From an uncultured bacterium (lineage in GTDB: Bacteria; 4484-113), in contig CAVVLL010000006.1 in the NCBI GenBank assembly GCA_963749125.1, positions 102,882 through 166,881 of the forward strand: 64,000 nucleotides of DNA, read 5' to 3'. Made by a program: the position numbers and the translations under genes. The notes under the pieces are model-generated. The model saw only the letters and a program-made list of their open reading frames with translations. It was not told the DNA's origin and made no database searches. This document shows positions 31,334 through 41,444 of this stretch, one piece after another (position 1 is the first letter of the stretch; every line of letters begins with the position of its first letter).

Positions 31334-31752
31334 ACAAAGCTATTGGGCTCGGATGAAAGCCGGGCTGAGCTACGCGTTCGCCATCGAGAAAGGCACGGAA
31401 GACGAACTCAGCGAACAGGAGATTGATACGCTGGAGAAGCTTGCGGAACGCGTCGTCAAGATGAACATGGCTGTCCCCGCAATTCTCTTCCTTGAGAGCA
31501 TAAGGCCCCTGAACTACCTGGGTTCACAAGCACTTTTGTTTTTCAAGCCTCTCCTGGGAATTGCCGTTGAAGGCGTCAACTTAGCCACTGCCCCCTTGCT
31601 TGGATTCAGTCTAGATGCTACATTCTATAATCGTGTCCAGGAAGTCCTGGAGAAGAGGGCTTCGATTGAAGCCCTTATCGTTAGGATCGAAAAGCGGTTG
31701 CAGGATTTTCCGCCTGAAAAGCCCGCAGCGCCCACGGAGGAATTCTGGTTAA
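31302..31752 (+). CDS. Hypothetical protein (as sequenced it reads in frame into glmL; the true stop is probably TAA 31750-31752)
   Basis: PAILFLES.RPLNYLGSQ motif; GGAGG and TAATG coupling at the glmL start. Confidence 0.65.
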
Positions 31753-33600
31753 TGACGGAATATAAGAAGGTTAACCCCGAAGACATCAAGGTCATCATTG
31801 CGACCGACTGCGGAAGCACGACCACGAAGTGCATCCTCATTGAGAAGAGAGGGAGAAGGCTTCCGCCAAACGTTCAGGGGCGAAGCCCCGACGACGGTTG
31901 AAGCGCCCTTTGAGGATGTCACCAAGGGCGTCCTCAACTCAATCCAGGAAGTTGAGGAGCTGTCTGGGCGCCGCATACTTGATGACAATGGGGGTATCAT
32001 CTACCCGTCGCAAGGCAACACGGGTGTTGATATTTACATCAGCACGAGCTCAGCCGGCGGCGGCCTTCAGATGATGGTCGCAGGCGTTGTTGCCTCAATG
32101 ACCGGCGAAAGTGCGCAGCGCGCCGCCTTAGGCGGTGGAGCCATCGTTATGGACGTGTTAGCGAGCAATGACGGGCGGCTTCCCCACCAGCGCATTGAGC
32201 GCATCCGCCGGCTACGCCCCGACATGATTTTGCTTAGCGGCGGCATTGACGGCGGGACAGTCAGCCACGTCGCGGAGATGGCGGAACTGATCGCTGCCGC
32301 CGACCCGAAGCCGCGCCTCGGCATTACCTACCAGTTGCCGATTATCTTTGCGGGTAACCAAGACGCCAGGGAGCAAGTTAAGGCTGCCCTCGGAGCCAAG
32401 ACTGCTCTCACCATAACCGATAATATCCGCCCCACTCTAGAGCGGGAGAACCTCTTCCCTGCACGCGCAAAGATTCAGGACTTATTTGAAGAACACGTGA
32501 TGGCGCAAGCCCCTGGCTACAACAAGCTTATGGACTGGGTTGGCGCACCGATTATGCCGACGCCTGCTGCTATGGGTGTTATCATGCAAACCATCGCGCG
32601 CATGAAAGATATGAACGTTATCGGCGTTGATATCGGCGGCGCGACGACAGACGTGTTCAGCGACTTCAAAGTTGAAGGGCAGCGCGTCTTCAACCGCAGC
32701 GTGTCCGCGAACCTGGGCATGAGCTATTCGGTCAGCAATGTGCTGGCGGAAGCAGGCTTTGAGAACGTGATGCGCTGGGTTCCCTTTGACGTTGAAGAAC
32801 AGTGGCTGCGCAACCAAATCAAGAATAAAATGATCCGCCCGACGACTATCCCGCAGTCGCTGTCGTCGCTGCTAATCGAGCATGGCCTTGCACGTGAAGC
32901 ACTGCGCCTGTCCTTCGTCCAGCACAAGAGCCTTGCCGTAGGCCTGAAAGGCGTTCAGCAGGAGCGCGGCATTTCCGACACGTTCACCCAGGCCGCTTCC
33001 GGCGAGAGCTTCATCAGGATGATGAACCTTAACTTGCTGGTGGGCTCAGGCGGAGTGCTCAGCCATGCGCCGCGCCGCAACCAGTCGATGCTCTTGCTGC
33101 TCAACTCTTTCCTGCCCGAGGGAACTACTATCCTCGCCGTGGACAGCATCTTCATGATGCCCCACTTGGGAGTGCTCTCACGCGTTCACGAAGAAGCCGC
33201 GACTGAGGTATTTGAACGCGACTGCATGATATTCTTAGGCAGCGCCGTGGTCCCGTCCGGCACAGCGAAACTTGGCGAGCGCATCTGCACCTATAAGCTT
33301 TCCTGGCCGGACGGCAGCTGTGATGAAGGCGATCTGAAGTTCGGCGAACTGAAGCTGTTCCCGAAGCTGAAAGTCGGCGAAGTTGCCGAAGGCGAATTCC
33401 ATCCGTCACGCAACTTTGACGTAGGCGACGGAAAGGGCAAGTCTGTGAAGGTCACGCTTTCCGGCGGAGTTGTCGGCGTGGTTCTTGACGGCCGCGGCCG
33501 CCCGATTTACCTGTCGCCCAACCACGATGAGCGCAGGAAACAGCTAGTTTCTTGGTTCCAGGCTATGAACGCTTATCCCGATTTATCAGGGGTTCACTAA
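31752..33600 (+). CDS. glmL: GlmL/MutL (glutamate mutase L)-family ASKHA-fold ATPase, frameshift near 31848
   Basis: ATDCGSTTTK, STSSAGGGL, PDMILLSGGIDGG, MPTP, VDIGGATTDVFS, GSGGVLSHAP. Confidence 0.82.
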
Positions 33601-33648
33601 TCGGGGACGCGTAGAGTATTTATAACCTTAAGGGGATGGTGGAGTATT

Positions 33649-34245
33649 ATGAATAAGATTGATTTCAACGACCTGTTCAGCCGGGGGTGGGAAAAGCTCA
33701 TGCCTCAGATCGGCATGGCTATCGTGTGGACCCTTGTTTACGCGCTTGGCACCGCTCTGTTGGCTATGATCGTCATCGGCATCATAGTCATCCCTGCGTG
33801 GATGGCAGGATACCTTGAGGTGATGAAGAAGCTCTATCACGGCGAGACCGTGGAATTTAGCGACTTCCTCAAGCACCTAAACAAGCTCGGCAACCTTTGG
33901 GTAGCGTTCATTCTCGTCTACCTAGGCATTGCAGCAGGAACAATGCTGTTAGTGCTTCCCGGTATTGCTGTGGCAGTCCTTTGGTCAATGACATTCTTCC
34001 TGATCATTGACCGCGACATGGATGCCATCAGCGCCATGAAAGCGAGTTGGGAGCGCGTCAAGGAAGAGTTCTGGATGATGCTTGCCCTGATACTTGTTCT
34101 GGGCATCCTCAACTCCATCGGCGGAATGCTGTTCGGCATCGGCGTCCTTTTGACTATGCCGTTCATGATGTTCGTCATGTGGGCGGCATACTACGTCTTG
34201 TTCCCGAAGGGCGAGATTACGATCCCTACCCCGCCGCTCCAGTAG
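33649..34245 (+). CDS. Integral membrane protein
   Basis: 4-5 TM segments; LVLPGI..FFLIIDR..AI.AMKASW pattern; GGAG SD. Confidence 0.8.
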   Translation: MNKIDFNDLFSRGWEKLMPQIGMAIVWTLVYALGTALLAMIVIGIIVIPAWMAGYLEVMKKLYHGETVEFSDFLKHLNKLGNLWVAFILVYLGIAAGTMLLVLPGIAVAVLWSMTFFLIIDRDMDAISAMKASWERVKEEFWMMLALILVLGILNSIGGMLFGIGVLLTMPFMMFVMWAAYYVLFPKGEITIPTPPLQ

Positions 34246-34288
34246 TGTGAGCGCATAAGTAGCGCTTTATTTTCGGAGGTACGTTAAA

Positions 34289-35425
34289 GTGGCTCATGCA
34301 TACACGCCTGGCCTGCGCGTGACGCGCAGGACAAGGTTAACCCGCGAACGTTCCCTTCCTTTGAAGGGCGAAGTTCTTGTTAAAATCGGCGATATCGTCC
34401 ACGCCGAGGATATAGTCGCGCATACCGAGCTTCCCGGCCCGGTAACAATCATTAATGTCGTGAACCAGCTCGGGATCGAGCCCGAGGAAATCCGCGACTA
34501 CATGCTTGTGAAAGAGGCAGGCACCTTCAAAAAAGACCAGCCCCTTGCGCAGAACAAGCCGTTCTTGGGCCTGTCATTCCTCAAGACCGTTATCAAGGCC
34601 CCCATGGACGGCGTTGTTGAGAACATATCCGAGATAACCGGCCAGGTCGTGTTGCGTGAGCCACCCCAGCCCGTCCAGGTGCATGCATACTTTGACGGGC
34701 GCATAACCGGCATCATCCCTAACGAAGGCGTGGCGATGGAGACCTTCTGCTCCTTCGTGCAGGGGATTTTCGGCATCGGCGGCGAAACTTGGGGCGAGCT
34801 CAAGATAGCTGTAGATGCCCCGGCGGACGTGCTCACACCGGACAGGCTTAAGCCGGAGTATTCGGGCAAAATCCTCGTCGGCGGCAAGCACCTTTCCCTT
34901 GCGACTTACCAAAAGGCGCGCGACCTGGGCGTGAAGGGAATCATTGTCGGCGGCTTCCACGAATTCCGACGTGCGCAGCATCCTGGGATACGACCTTGGC
35001 GTCGCCATCACCGGCCATGAGCAGATAGGCTTGACCCTCGTGATGACCGAGGGCTTCGGCGAGATACCGATGGCGCAGAAGACCTTAACCTGCTCAAGGA
35101 GCGCGAAGGCCAGCGCGCGTCAATCTCAGGCGCCACCCAGATCCGCGCGGGCGTCATCCGCCCTGAAGTAATCGTCCCGTTCCCGCAAAACGAATGGGCG
35201 ACGATGACCGAGGAAGAGCACCTGTCTGCGCATGCTGTTCAAATAGGCGATGTTGTCCGCATCATTCGCGAACCATACTTCGGCATGCTGGGGAATGTCA
35301 CCGAGCTTACGCCGGCACTAGAGCGCGTGGAGAGCGAGACCAAGGTGCGCGTCCTTGAGGTCAAGCTTGACGACGGCAAGCTGGTCAAAGTGCCCCGCGC
35401 CAATATTGAACGCATAGAAGACTAG
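34289..35425 (+). CDS. Uncharacterised protein of about 378 aa with barrel-sandwich-hybrid repeats and a C-terminal KOW-like element; two compensating frameshifts (about 34962 and about 35087)
   Basis: GEVLVKIGDIV..DIVA and IKAPMDGVV resemble biotinyl/lipoyl half-motifs; IGDVVRIIREPYFG is KOW-like; first and last pieces share a frame. Confidence 0.75.
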
Positions 35426-35515
35426 GCTGCGCATTGCTGCGGCGAAAGCGCTAAGCGCTCTCTTGCTCGCCTACTGCTAGCGCGCTTCCAGGCATCATAC
35501 GCATATGGAGGGAAA

Positions 35516-36496
35516 ATGCGACGGATAATCCGCATAGCTGTAATCGCCTGTGCCGTTATTGTTTCCTGCGCGCTGTCGCGCCCGCCGTCAAACGTGGAAG
35601 CCATCGCGCAAGCCAGCGCCGCTCCTTTTACGCCAACAAAGAACTTGCTGCTCATCGGCTGGGACGGAGTTCAGTGGAACCACCTCAACGAGCTTCTTGA
35701 CGCTGGCAAGCTGCCCAACCTGGCTATGCTGAAGGCAAGTGGCGCGCTCGAGCACATCAATATTACCGACCATAAGACCTGCACTAAGCCGGGCTGGGCG
35801 CAGATTAACTCCGGGCTTTCTGCAAAGGCTAGCGGGATTTACAGCAATGCCGAGTATCGCCCGATGCCTGCAGGCGCGACCATCTGCGAGCGGCTGGAAG
35901 ACTTGAGCGGCAGTAAGGTGTTCACAGGCTTCATCGCAGGCAAAGGCCACCATGTCGGCTCTGCCGGGCCGAATGTGAGCTTCAAGGTAAGGGGCAAGAC
36001 CGTCAACACTGGCGAGGGGGAGCCGTGGTACTTTTCCCGCGCCGGGTATGACATCTGGCTTGGCGATACGCACCGCAATGCCGATGAAGTCGGCGGGCTG
36101 CTTATGGGGATGCTGCGCGAGTATGCCCCGCGCAACCGCTTTGCGATATTCGCGCATTTCGCCGACCCAAATTCCGCCGGGCATAAGTCGGATGAGAACA
36201 GCGCCGATTACGAGAACGCCATCATCGCTTGCGATAGTTGGCTAGGAACGACTATCGCAAGGCTGGAGAAGTTCAAGGTGTTGGATAACACATTCGTGGT
36301 TGTAGTTACCGACCACGGATTTGACGAAGGCGCGAAGCAACACAATAACGCGCCCGACGCGTTCTTCGCGGTGAATGACGCAAGCCACGAGTATCACGGC
36401 GGAGATATGATGGATATTACGCCGACTCTCCTAGCGCTCCTTGGCGTCCCTCAAGCTACTTTTGCAGGCCTTCCAGGCAAGCCACTATGGGAATAG
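35516..36496 (+). CDS. Secreted alkaline phosphatase superfamily protein
   Basis: LIGWDG, TxTxPGW, D..GH and TDHG metal ligands; signal peptide. Confidence 0.85.
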   Translation: MRRIIRIAVIACAVIVSCALSRPPSNVEAIAQASAAPFTPTKNLLLIGWDGVQWNHLNELLDAGKLPNLAMLKASGALEHINITDHKTCTKPGWAQINSGLSAKASGIYSNAEYRPMPAGATICERLEDLSGSKVFTGFIAGKGHHVGSAGPNVSFKVRGKTVNTGEGEPWYFSRAGYDIWLGDTHRNADEVGGLLMGMLREYAPRNRFAIFAHFADPNSAGHKSDENSADYENAIIACDSWLGTTIARLEKFKVLDNTFVVVVTDHGFDEGAKQHNNAPDAFFAVNDASHEYHGGDMMDITPTLLALLGVPQATFAGLPGKPLWE

Positions 36497-36498
36497 AT

Positions 36499-37599
36499 TT
36501 ACCTCCCCGCGGGGAGGTGTTTATCCAGGCTGGCGAGGATGCCGGCGAGGGCCCACATAGTGAGCATGGAGCTGCCGCCCGCGGAGAGGAACGGCAGCGG
36601 GATGCCCGTGACAGGCGTTAGGCCTAGAGTCATCCCTACATTGATGAATACCTGGAAGGCGAACACCGCGAGCACGCCGTATGCCAGCAGCCGCTGGAAG
36701 TCGGTGGAAACGCGCTGCGCCAGCGAAAACATGCGCGCGCAAAACGCGGCGTAAAGCCCGAGTAACACCAGCGCGCCGACAAGCCCCCACTCTTCCCCTG
36801 CGGTTGTGAAGATGAAGTCGGCTGCCTGCACGGGGATGAACTGCCCCTGCGTCTGCGTGCCGTGCAAAAAGCCCTTGCCCCATATGCCCCCGGAGCCAAT
36901 GGCAATGCGGCTTTGGTGGACGTGGTAGCCGGAACCGAGGATGTCGCGGCCAGGCTGTAGGAATGTAAGTATGCGCGCCTTTTGGTAGTCGCGAAGGACG
37001 AACCAGCCCGGGACTGCTACGATGGCAAGCGCGACGAATATCGCGACGATGTATCGGCGCGGGAACGGCTTTATCCAGAGCAGCGTGACAAGCAGGAACA
37101 GGAAGACCATCGCGGTGCCGAGGTCGGGCTGGAGCAAAATCGGCAGCGCCAGCGCGAGCAGAATGCCGCAGGCGGCGATGAAGCGCTGCCCCTCCTCGGA
37201 CATCATGTATTCGGCGAGGAAATACGCGAGGAGGAGGATGGCGAATATCTTCGCGAACTCGCTTGGCTGGATCGTCAGGTCGCCGAGTTTTAGCCAGCGC
37301 CGCGAGCCGTGCGCCGCCCAACCCGCAATGAGCGTCAATAGCAGCAAACCGAAGATGGGATAGAAGAGGTGATACCACCCCGTCGGGCGGATGCCGATGT
37401 GCATGCGCGAGACGAGCATGTATGCGCCGATGCCCAACGCCGTCCAGATGATTTGCATGAGCAAGGTGCGCGACGGCAGAAGCGAGCCTGTGTAAGTCGT
37501 TGAATACAGGAGTATCCAGCTAATCAGGCATAGCATCGCCGGCAGCCAGAAATGCCAGCCGCCAAAGCGCGGGCGCGTTTCTTCGTATCTCAAGCGCAC
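36499..37599 (-). CDS. rodA: SEDS family peptidoglycan polymerase RodA
   Basis: GSRRW, IQPSEFAK, QPDLGTA, GYHVHQSRIAIGSGG, DFIF...EEWG, TGIPLPF.S.GGSS. Confidence 0.93.
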   Translation of the reverse strand: MRLRYEETRPRFGGWHFWLPAMLCLISWILLYSTTYTGSLLPSRTLLMQIIWTALGIGAYMLVSRMHIGIRPTGWYHLFYPIFGLLLLTLIAGWAAHGSRRWLKLGDLTIQPSEFAKIFAILLLAYFLAEYMMSEEGQRFIAACGILLALALPILLQPDLGTAMVFLFLLVTLLWIKPFPRRYIVAIFVALAIVAVPGWFVLRDYQKARILTFLQPGRDILGSGYHVHQSRIAIGSGGIWGKGFLHGTQTQGQFIPVQAADFIFTTAGEEWGLVGALVLLGLYAAFCARMFSLAQRVSTDFQRLLAYGVLAVFAFQVFINVGMTLGLTPVTGIPLPFLSAGGSSMLTMWALAGILASLDKHLPAGR

Positions 37600-37620
37600 G
37601 TGTAGATGATAGCAGACTTA

Positions 37621-37653
37621 AAGCAAAGCGCCCCAGCCCGAAGGCCGGGGCGC
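37621..37653 (-). terminator. Intrinsic terminator after the large lipoprotein gene
   Basis: GC-rich hairpin GCGCCCCGGCC-TTCG-GGCTGGGGCGC followed by TTTGCTT on the minus strand. Confidence 0.7.
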
Positions 37654-37677
37654 GAATGACAATCTAGCGAACGGCTG

Positions 37678-40600
37678 TTATCCAGCCAGAATTGATGCAA
37701 CGCCCAAGGCGTCAACGCTGATGGTTACAGGATTCCACCATGAGCCACCGCCGCCGAACCAGTCACCGCCGCCATTAGGCACCGTCACGCTTCCGCTGTA
37801 GAACAGCGTCTGTTCCTGCGGGGTTTCCGGGTTCAGCACTACGCGGATGGCACAGCTCACCGGGCGCGGAAGAATTGGTGGGTCAGCGCCGGAGTCTGCC
37901 TGGTGGTCTGAATAGTAGTTCACGCCCACCTGATAGTTGCCGGTCTCGGGGCTTCCGGAACCGGCATCCCAATTACATGTGAAGTTCTCAGGGCCGTAGC
38001 CGGATGTGTTGTCCACATCAAGGCCTCCCGAGTTAATGCCCTTATTGCTGTAGTAACTCACGTCACCACTCGGGTCTTTGGTATAGAGGTCAATGTCGCT
38101 GCCACCGCCTTGGTTCCAGGTAAGCGTCACGCGGAACAGGAAGGTTGCGGCAAACACGATTGTTAGCTCTTCCGAAATCGTCTCACCCAGGGCGTTCACA
38201 GCGCGTATCTTGAACTTGTTCTGGCCGGGGACGAGCACAGCGCGGTAGTTGAGGTAGCCGCTGGTATCAACTTCCAGGAGGTTCTCCTGGCCGTTTTGGA
38301 TGAGGATGATTTTCGGCCCGTCAAGGTTCATCACGCGGCCTGTAATATTCGCCAGGCCGTTTGTGATGTCTGTTTCCGATTGGGTGTATTCAAACGGGTC
38401 GATAACCGGCCGCTGCGTGATATCTCCGACGTAAGCGGGTAGTATGATCTCTAACGCCGTCACAGTCGGGCCTATCAATGCTTGCTCCAGAACGGTGGCA
38501 AAGCCTCTGGCAGAGAAGCTAATGACTCTCTGGCCAGGCGTAATGTCCACAAGCTTGAAGTGTCCGTCTGAGTCGGTCTTGTCAGTCCAAGTCTTCGTTC
38601 CATCACTAGTGGCAACATTGATGTTCGCCAATGGAGCGCCCTCAGTGTTCCGGACGAGGCCGATGACCGAAGGGCCGGCTGGAATCTGCGCAGTGATGGA
38701 GTTGCCGGACATAACGACATTGTCCGGGCCCCAGCGCATGTCGCGGCGCTGGACCTTGTAGATATAGGTCTTGCCGGACAGAGCGCTGGTTTCGTAGTCG
38801 GTGTAGGTGCCGTCGCCGTTGTTGACGGCGGTGTTGAAGTTCACGCCGCTAACGGAGTTATGCGTGCGAGACACGACCGTCCACGGCCCGTCAGCGCTTT
38901 CGGAGCGGATAATCTCGAACGACGGCCCGCCATCCCCGCCCATCGGGACACCCGTTCCCCAAGTTATGCGAACGAGGTGTTGTGGCGGGTCGGTTTCAGG
39001 TATCGGGTCTGTTTCTACATTCGCAGATACCATAACAGGCGTGCTGAAATTGCTGTACGCGTTGTTAGCTATGGTAACCACTGTAGCGGCAGGAGGCTGG
39101 ACGATGAAGGAGAATGTCGCGACAAGGGCGACTGCAGGAAGGCTTACGGGATTTCCCAACAAGACGGCCAATCCTGCAGTACCAGCGGCACCCGCAACTC
39201 CATGTATGACTCGCCTGGTAAACGAATAGCTTGACCATTGGCCCCAAAGCCGCTGGTACCAGTTGCCAGCATCATCAAAACCGCCTGCGGCGTTCGGGTA
39301 GAAAGTGAGAATATTGTTGTAAGCGACAGCAGCCTTGCCGTCAGTTTCAGCCCAACGTAAAAATGAGACTGTAAGCGCCCAAGCTTGGAAGACATTGAGC
39401 GATGTATCTTCGGTTAGCACAGGCGGAGTGGTATTCAGCGAAGGCCCCTGGTTGAACTGCAGCACAATGGCCCAGTATCCAGGGTCGGAGGAAAGGTTCG
39501 CCCAGGCTTCGTTCACCTTCTCTTGCTGAAGCGCGATGAGCTCAGCGATAGTGGGGGTAGTATCCCATGCCAAACCGCTGACATACTCGTTGAGCACTTC
39601 GCCCAGCTTGTAGGGCTCAATAGTCGTTTGAAGCTGCCATTGCTGGGCGAGTTGAATCGCCCCAGAATGGCGAAGCGACATCAGGCTCTCTCCAGGAACG
39701 ACGTTATCGCTTAGCTCGTTGCCTTCGTCGTCGACGACGCCAAGTTGAGAGCCACCGAACAGGAATAAATAGCTTTCAAAGATCTGGGCGAGTTCCTCGT
39801 CGCCCATGGTCGTCGGGTCAGCGGCGAGTATGCCATTCATCAGCCCGGACATCGTCGTCGGGTCCATTTGGTCGCTTCGACTGCCAGTGCCCTCTTCGGG
39901 CGCTGCGCCACGATTATCCACCGGACGGACTTCGTAGCTGATATAAACACCGGCAGGAGCGGTCGTGTCGCTGTAGCCATAGGTCGGCAACACGCCATCG
40001 CCGTTATTGTTCTCGCGGGGGATGAACGGCGAGACGGCGGCAAATGGTTCATAGATTCCTTCTCGGCGGTATACGATGTAACCGTCAAGGTGGTTGCCGT
40101 AGTTCATCGCCAGCGGCGTGATGTCTGTGATCCCGATGATATGGTCGCCGTCGCCGTCAATAGGTATTTCGCGGACGTCATTTACGCCGTCGTTCACGCG
40201 CCTGCCGAAATTGGCAGCGATAGGAGTTACATCAGCCACGTTTACGTCGCCGTCGACGTTGTAGTCGCCGGTGTTCCTTTCAGTCCAAGTGAGGCTGTAA
40301 GCCGTGTCCACCGGCTGCACTGTCAGGTCGTTAACCCTGTTTTGCGCGCCTGTGGGGGCTGCCTGAACGGCTTTAGATGCGTCAAACGGGCTATTGGCGA
40401 AAGTCACCTCAAAGAGGGTTCCGCTTCCGGTCACGGGCTGCTTGCCCGCGATGGTCGCGAAGCCAAGTATGACTTCACCCTCAATCCCCGTGTAGCACAG
40501 CGAGACTGTGGCGTCGGGCGAGATGAGCCCAACGGCCTTGGCCTCCAACGGGGACATGGAGGAAGCTGGATAGACAACGCGGAAATATGAACGCTCCAGG

Positions 40601-40824
40601 CTTTTCAGCCCTTGCGCGTTCACACGGACAGTGTTACCTTCAACCGCGAGGCTAAACGGCTCGCCGACAGGGACGACTGTCTTGCCGTCCTCCGCGATCA
40701 TGGTCAGCTTGATGGCGCTGCTTCCGTCGCCCCCTGACGGCGGCCGCAGTGAAACACCATTGCCTCCACAGGATACTAGAGCAAGCGCTGCAAGCAGCAC
40801 GAGCAGAATAAGCGTGTTCTTCAT
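37678..40824 (-). CDS. Large modular lipoprotein: cohesin-like, dockerin-like, FN3-like, carboxypeptidase-regulatory-like, Ig and YfaP/DUF2135-like domains
   Basis: Lipobox LVSC; GSGTLFEVTF; paired Ca loops GDYNVDGDVNVAD and DGDGDHIIGITD; TDSDGHF; RVTLTW...DIDL..DP..LDVD...GYGPEN. Confidence 0.85.
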   Translation of the reverse strand: MKNTLILLVLLAALALVSCGGNGVSLRPPSGGDGSSAIKLTMIAEDGKTVVPVGEPFSLAVEGNTVRVNAQGLKSLERSYFRVVYPASSMSPLEAKAVGLISPDATVSLCYTGIEGEVILGFATIAGKQPVTGSGTLFEVTFANSPFDASKAVQAAPTGAQNRVNDLTVQPVDTAYSLTWTERNTGDYNVDGDVNVADVTPIAANFGRRVNDGVNDVREIPIDGDGDHIIGITDITPLAMNYGNHLDGYIVYRREGIYEPFAAVSPFIPRENNNGDGVLPTYGYSDTTAPAGVYISYEVRPVDNRGAAPEEGTGSRSDQMDPTTMSGLMNGILAADPTTMGDEELAQIFESYLFLFGGSQLGVVDDEGNELSDNVVPGESLMSLRHSGAIQLAQQWQLQTTIEPYKLGEVLNEYVSGLAWDTTPTIAELIALQQEKVNEAWANLSSDPGYWAIVLQFNQGPSLNTTPPVLTEDTSLNVFQAWALTVSFLRWAETDGKAAVAYNNILTFYPNAAGGFDDAGNWYQRLWGQWSSYSFTRRVIHGVAGAAGTAGLAVLLGNPVSLPAVALVATFSFIVQPPAATVVTIANNAYSNFSTPVMVSANVETDPIPETDPPQHLVRITWGTGVPMGGDGGPSFEIIRSESADGPWTVVSRTHNSVSGVNFNTAVNNGDGTYTDYETSALSGKTYIYKVQRRDMRWGPDNVVMSGNSITAQIPAGPSVIGLVRNTEGAPLANINVATSDGTKTWTDKTDSDGHFKLVDITPGQRVISFSARGFATVLEQALIGPTVTALEIILPAYVGDITQRPVIDPFEYTQSETDITNGLANITGRVMNLDGPKIILIQNGQENLLEVDTSGYLNYRAVLVPGQNKFKIRAVNALGETISEELTIVFAATFLFRVTLTWNQGGGSDIDLYTKDPSGDVSYYSNKGINSGGLDVDNTSGYGPENFTCNWDAGSGSPETGNYQVGVNYYSDHQADSGADPPILPRPVSCAIRVVLNPETPQEQTLFYSGSVTVPNGGGDWFGGGGSWWNPVTISVDALGVASILAG

Positions 40825-40876
40825 TGAGATACCTCCATGCGGCCAAAGCCGCGTCTTAAATCGTATGAATACGGGA

Positions 40877-41356
40877 TTACCATGCCTGGCCATCCCTCAA
40901 CAGCTCGCGGATGAGATTTGCCACGTTATCCGTGGCTGCTTCAATCCTTGGGTCTATGTCTTCTGAGACAGTGAGGTTGTCGCTAACCTCAATGCCATAA
41001 ATGCGGATGGCAGATGGCATTTTCAGCCCAAGGTTACGGCCGAACTCCACAGCCGTTTTCAGGCTGATTCCGTGGCTTGATAGGAGATTGGAGGTTTGCT
41101 GAAGGTCTTCAAGCTGCAGCTCCCTAATCTCCCCCACTTCTAAGGCGCCGGAAACCATTGCGTCTATGATAATGGCCTTATCGAAGTGCTCTAGCTTCTC
41201 CAGGAATTCCAGCCCACCTTCGGTCGCCGTTTCCAAGACGACAGTGCAGTTGGGGCATTCAAGCAAAGTGGAACCAAGCTTCTCAGCAACGAGAAGTCCA
41301 GCGCGGTCATCAGAAAGTATAGGGTTTCCGACTCCAAGAATTAGTATTCGCTCCAT
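40877..41356 (-). CDS. Hydrogenase maturation protease
   Basis: LGVGNPILSDDRAG, IIIDAM, SSHG. Confidence 0.93.
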   Translation of the reverse strand: MERILILGVGNPILSDDRAGLLVAEKLGSTLLECPNCTVVLETATEGGLEFLEKLEHFDKAIIIDAMVSGALEVGEIRELQLEDLQQTSNLLSSHGISLKTAVEFGRNLGLKMPSAIRIYGIEVSDNLTVSEDIDPRIEAATDNVANLIRELLRDGQAW

Positions 41357-41444
41357 CGCTCCCATCCTGCTTCGGCGGCATAGGCCGATTGCAGCAGGCA
41401 GATGCACTCCGCTGAGTGCCACGTAATTATAGCTGTTTTACGGG

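Noticed and set aside
31239-31901. Apparent fusion of the hypothetical protein to the GlmL N-terminus
   Set aside because: A GGAGG SD and TAATG stop/start at 31750-31754 indicate two genes joined by an indel error
27251-35425. Programmed ribosomal frameshifting
   Set aside because: No canonical slippery heptamers with downstream structure; shifts go in both directions and hit unrelated genes
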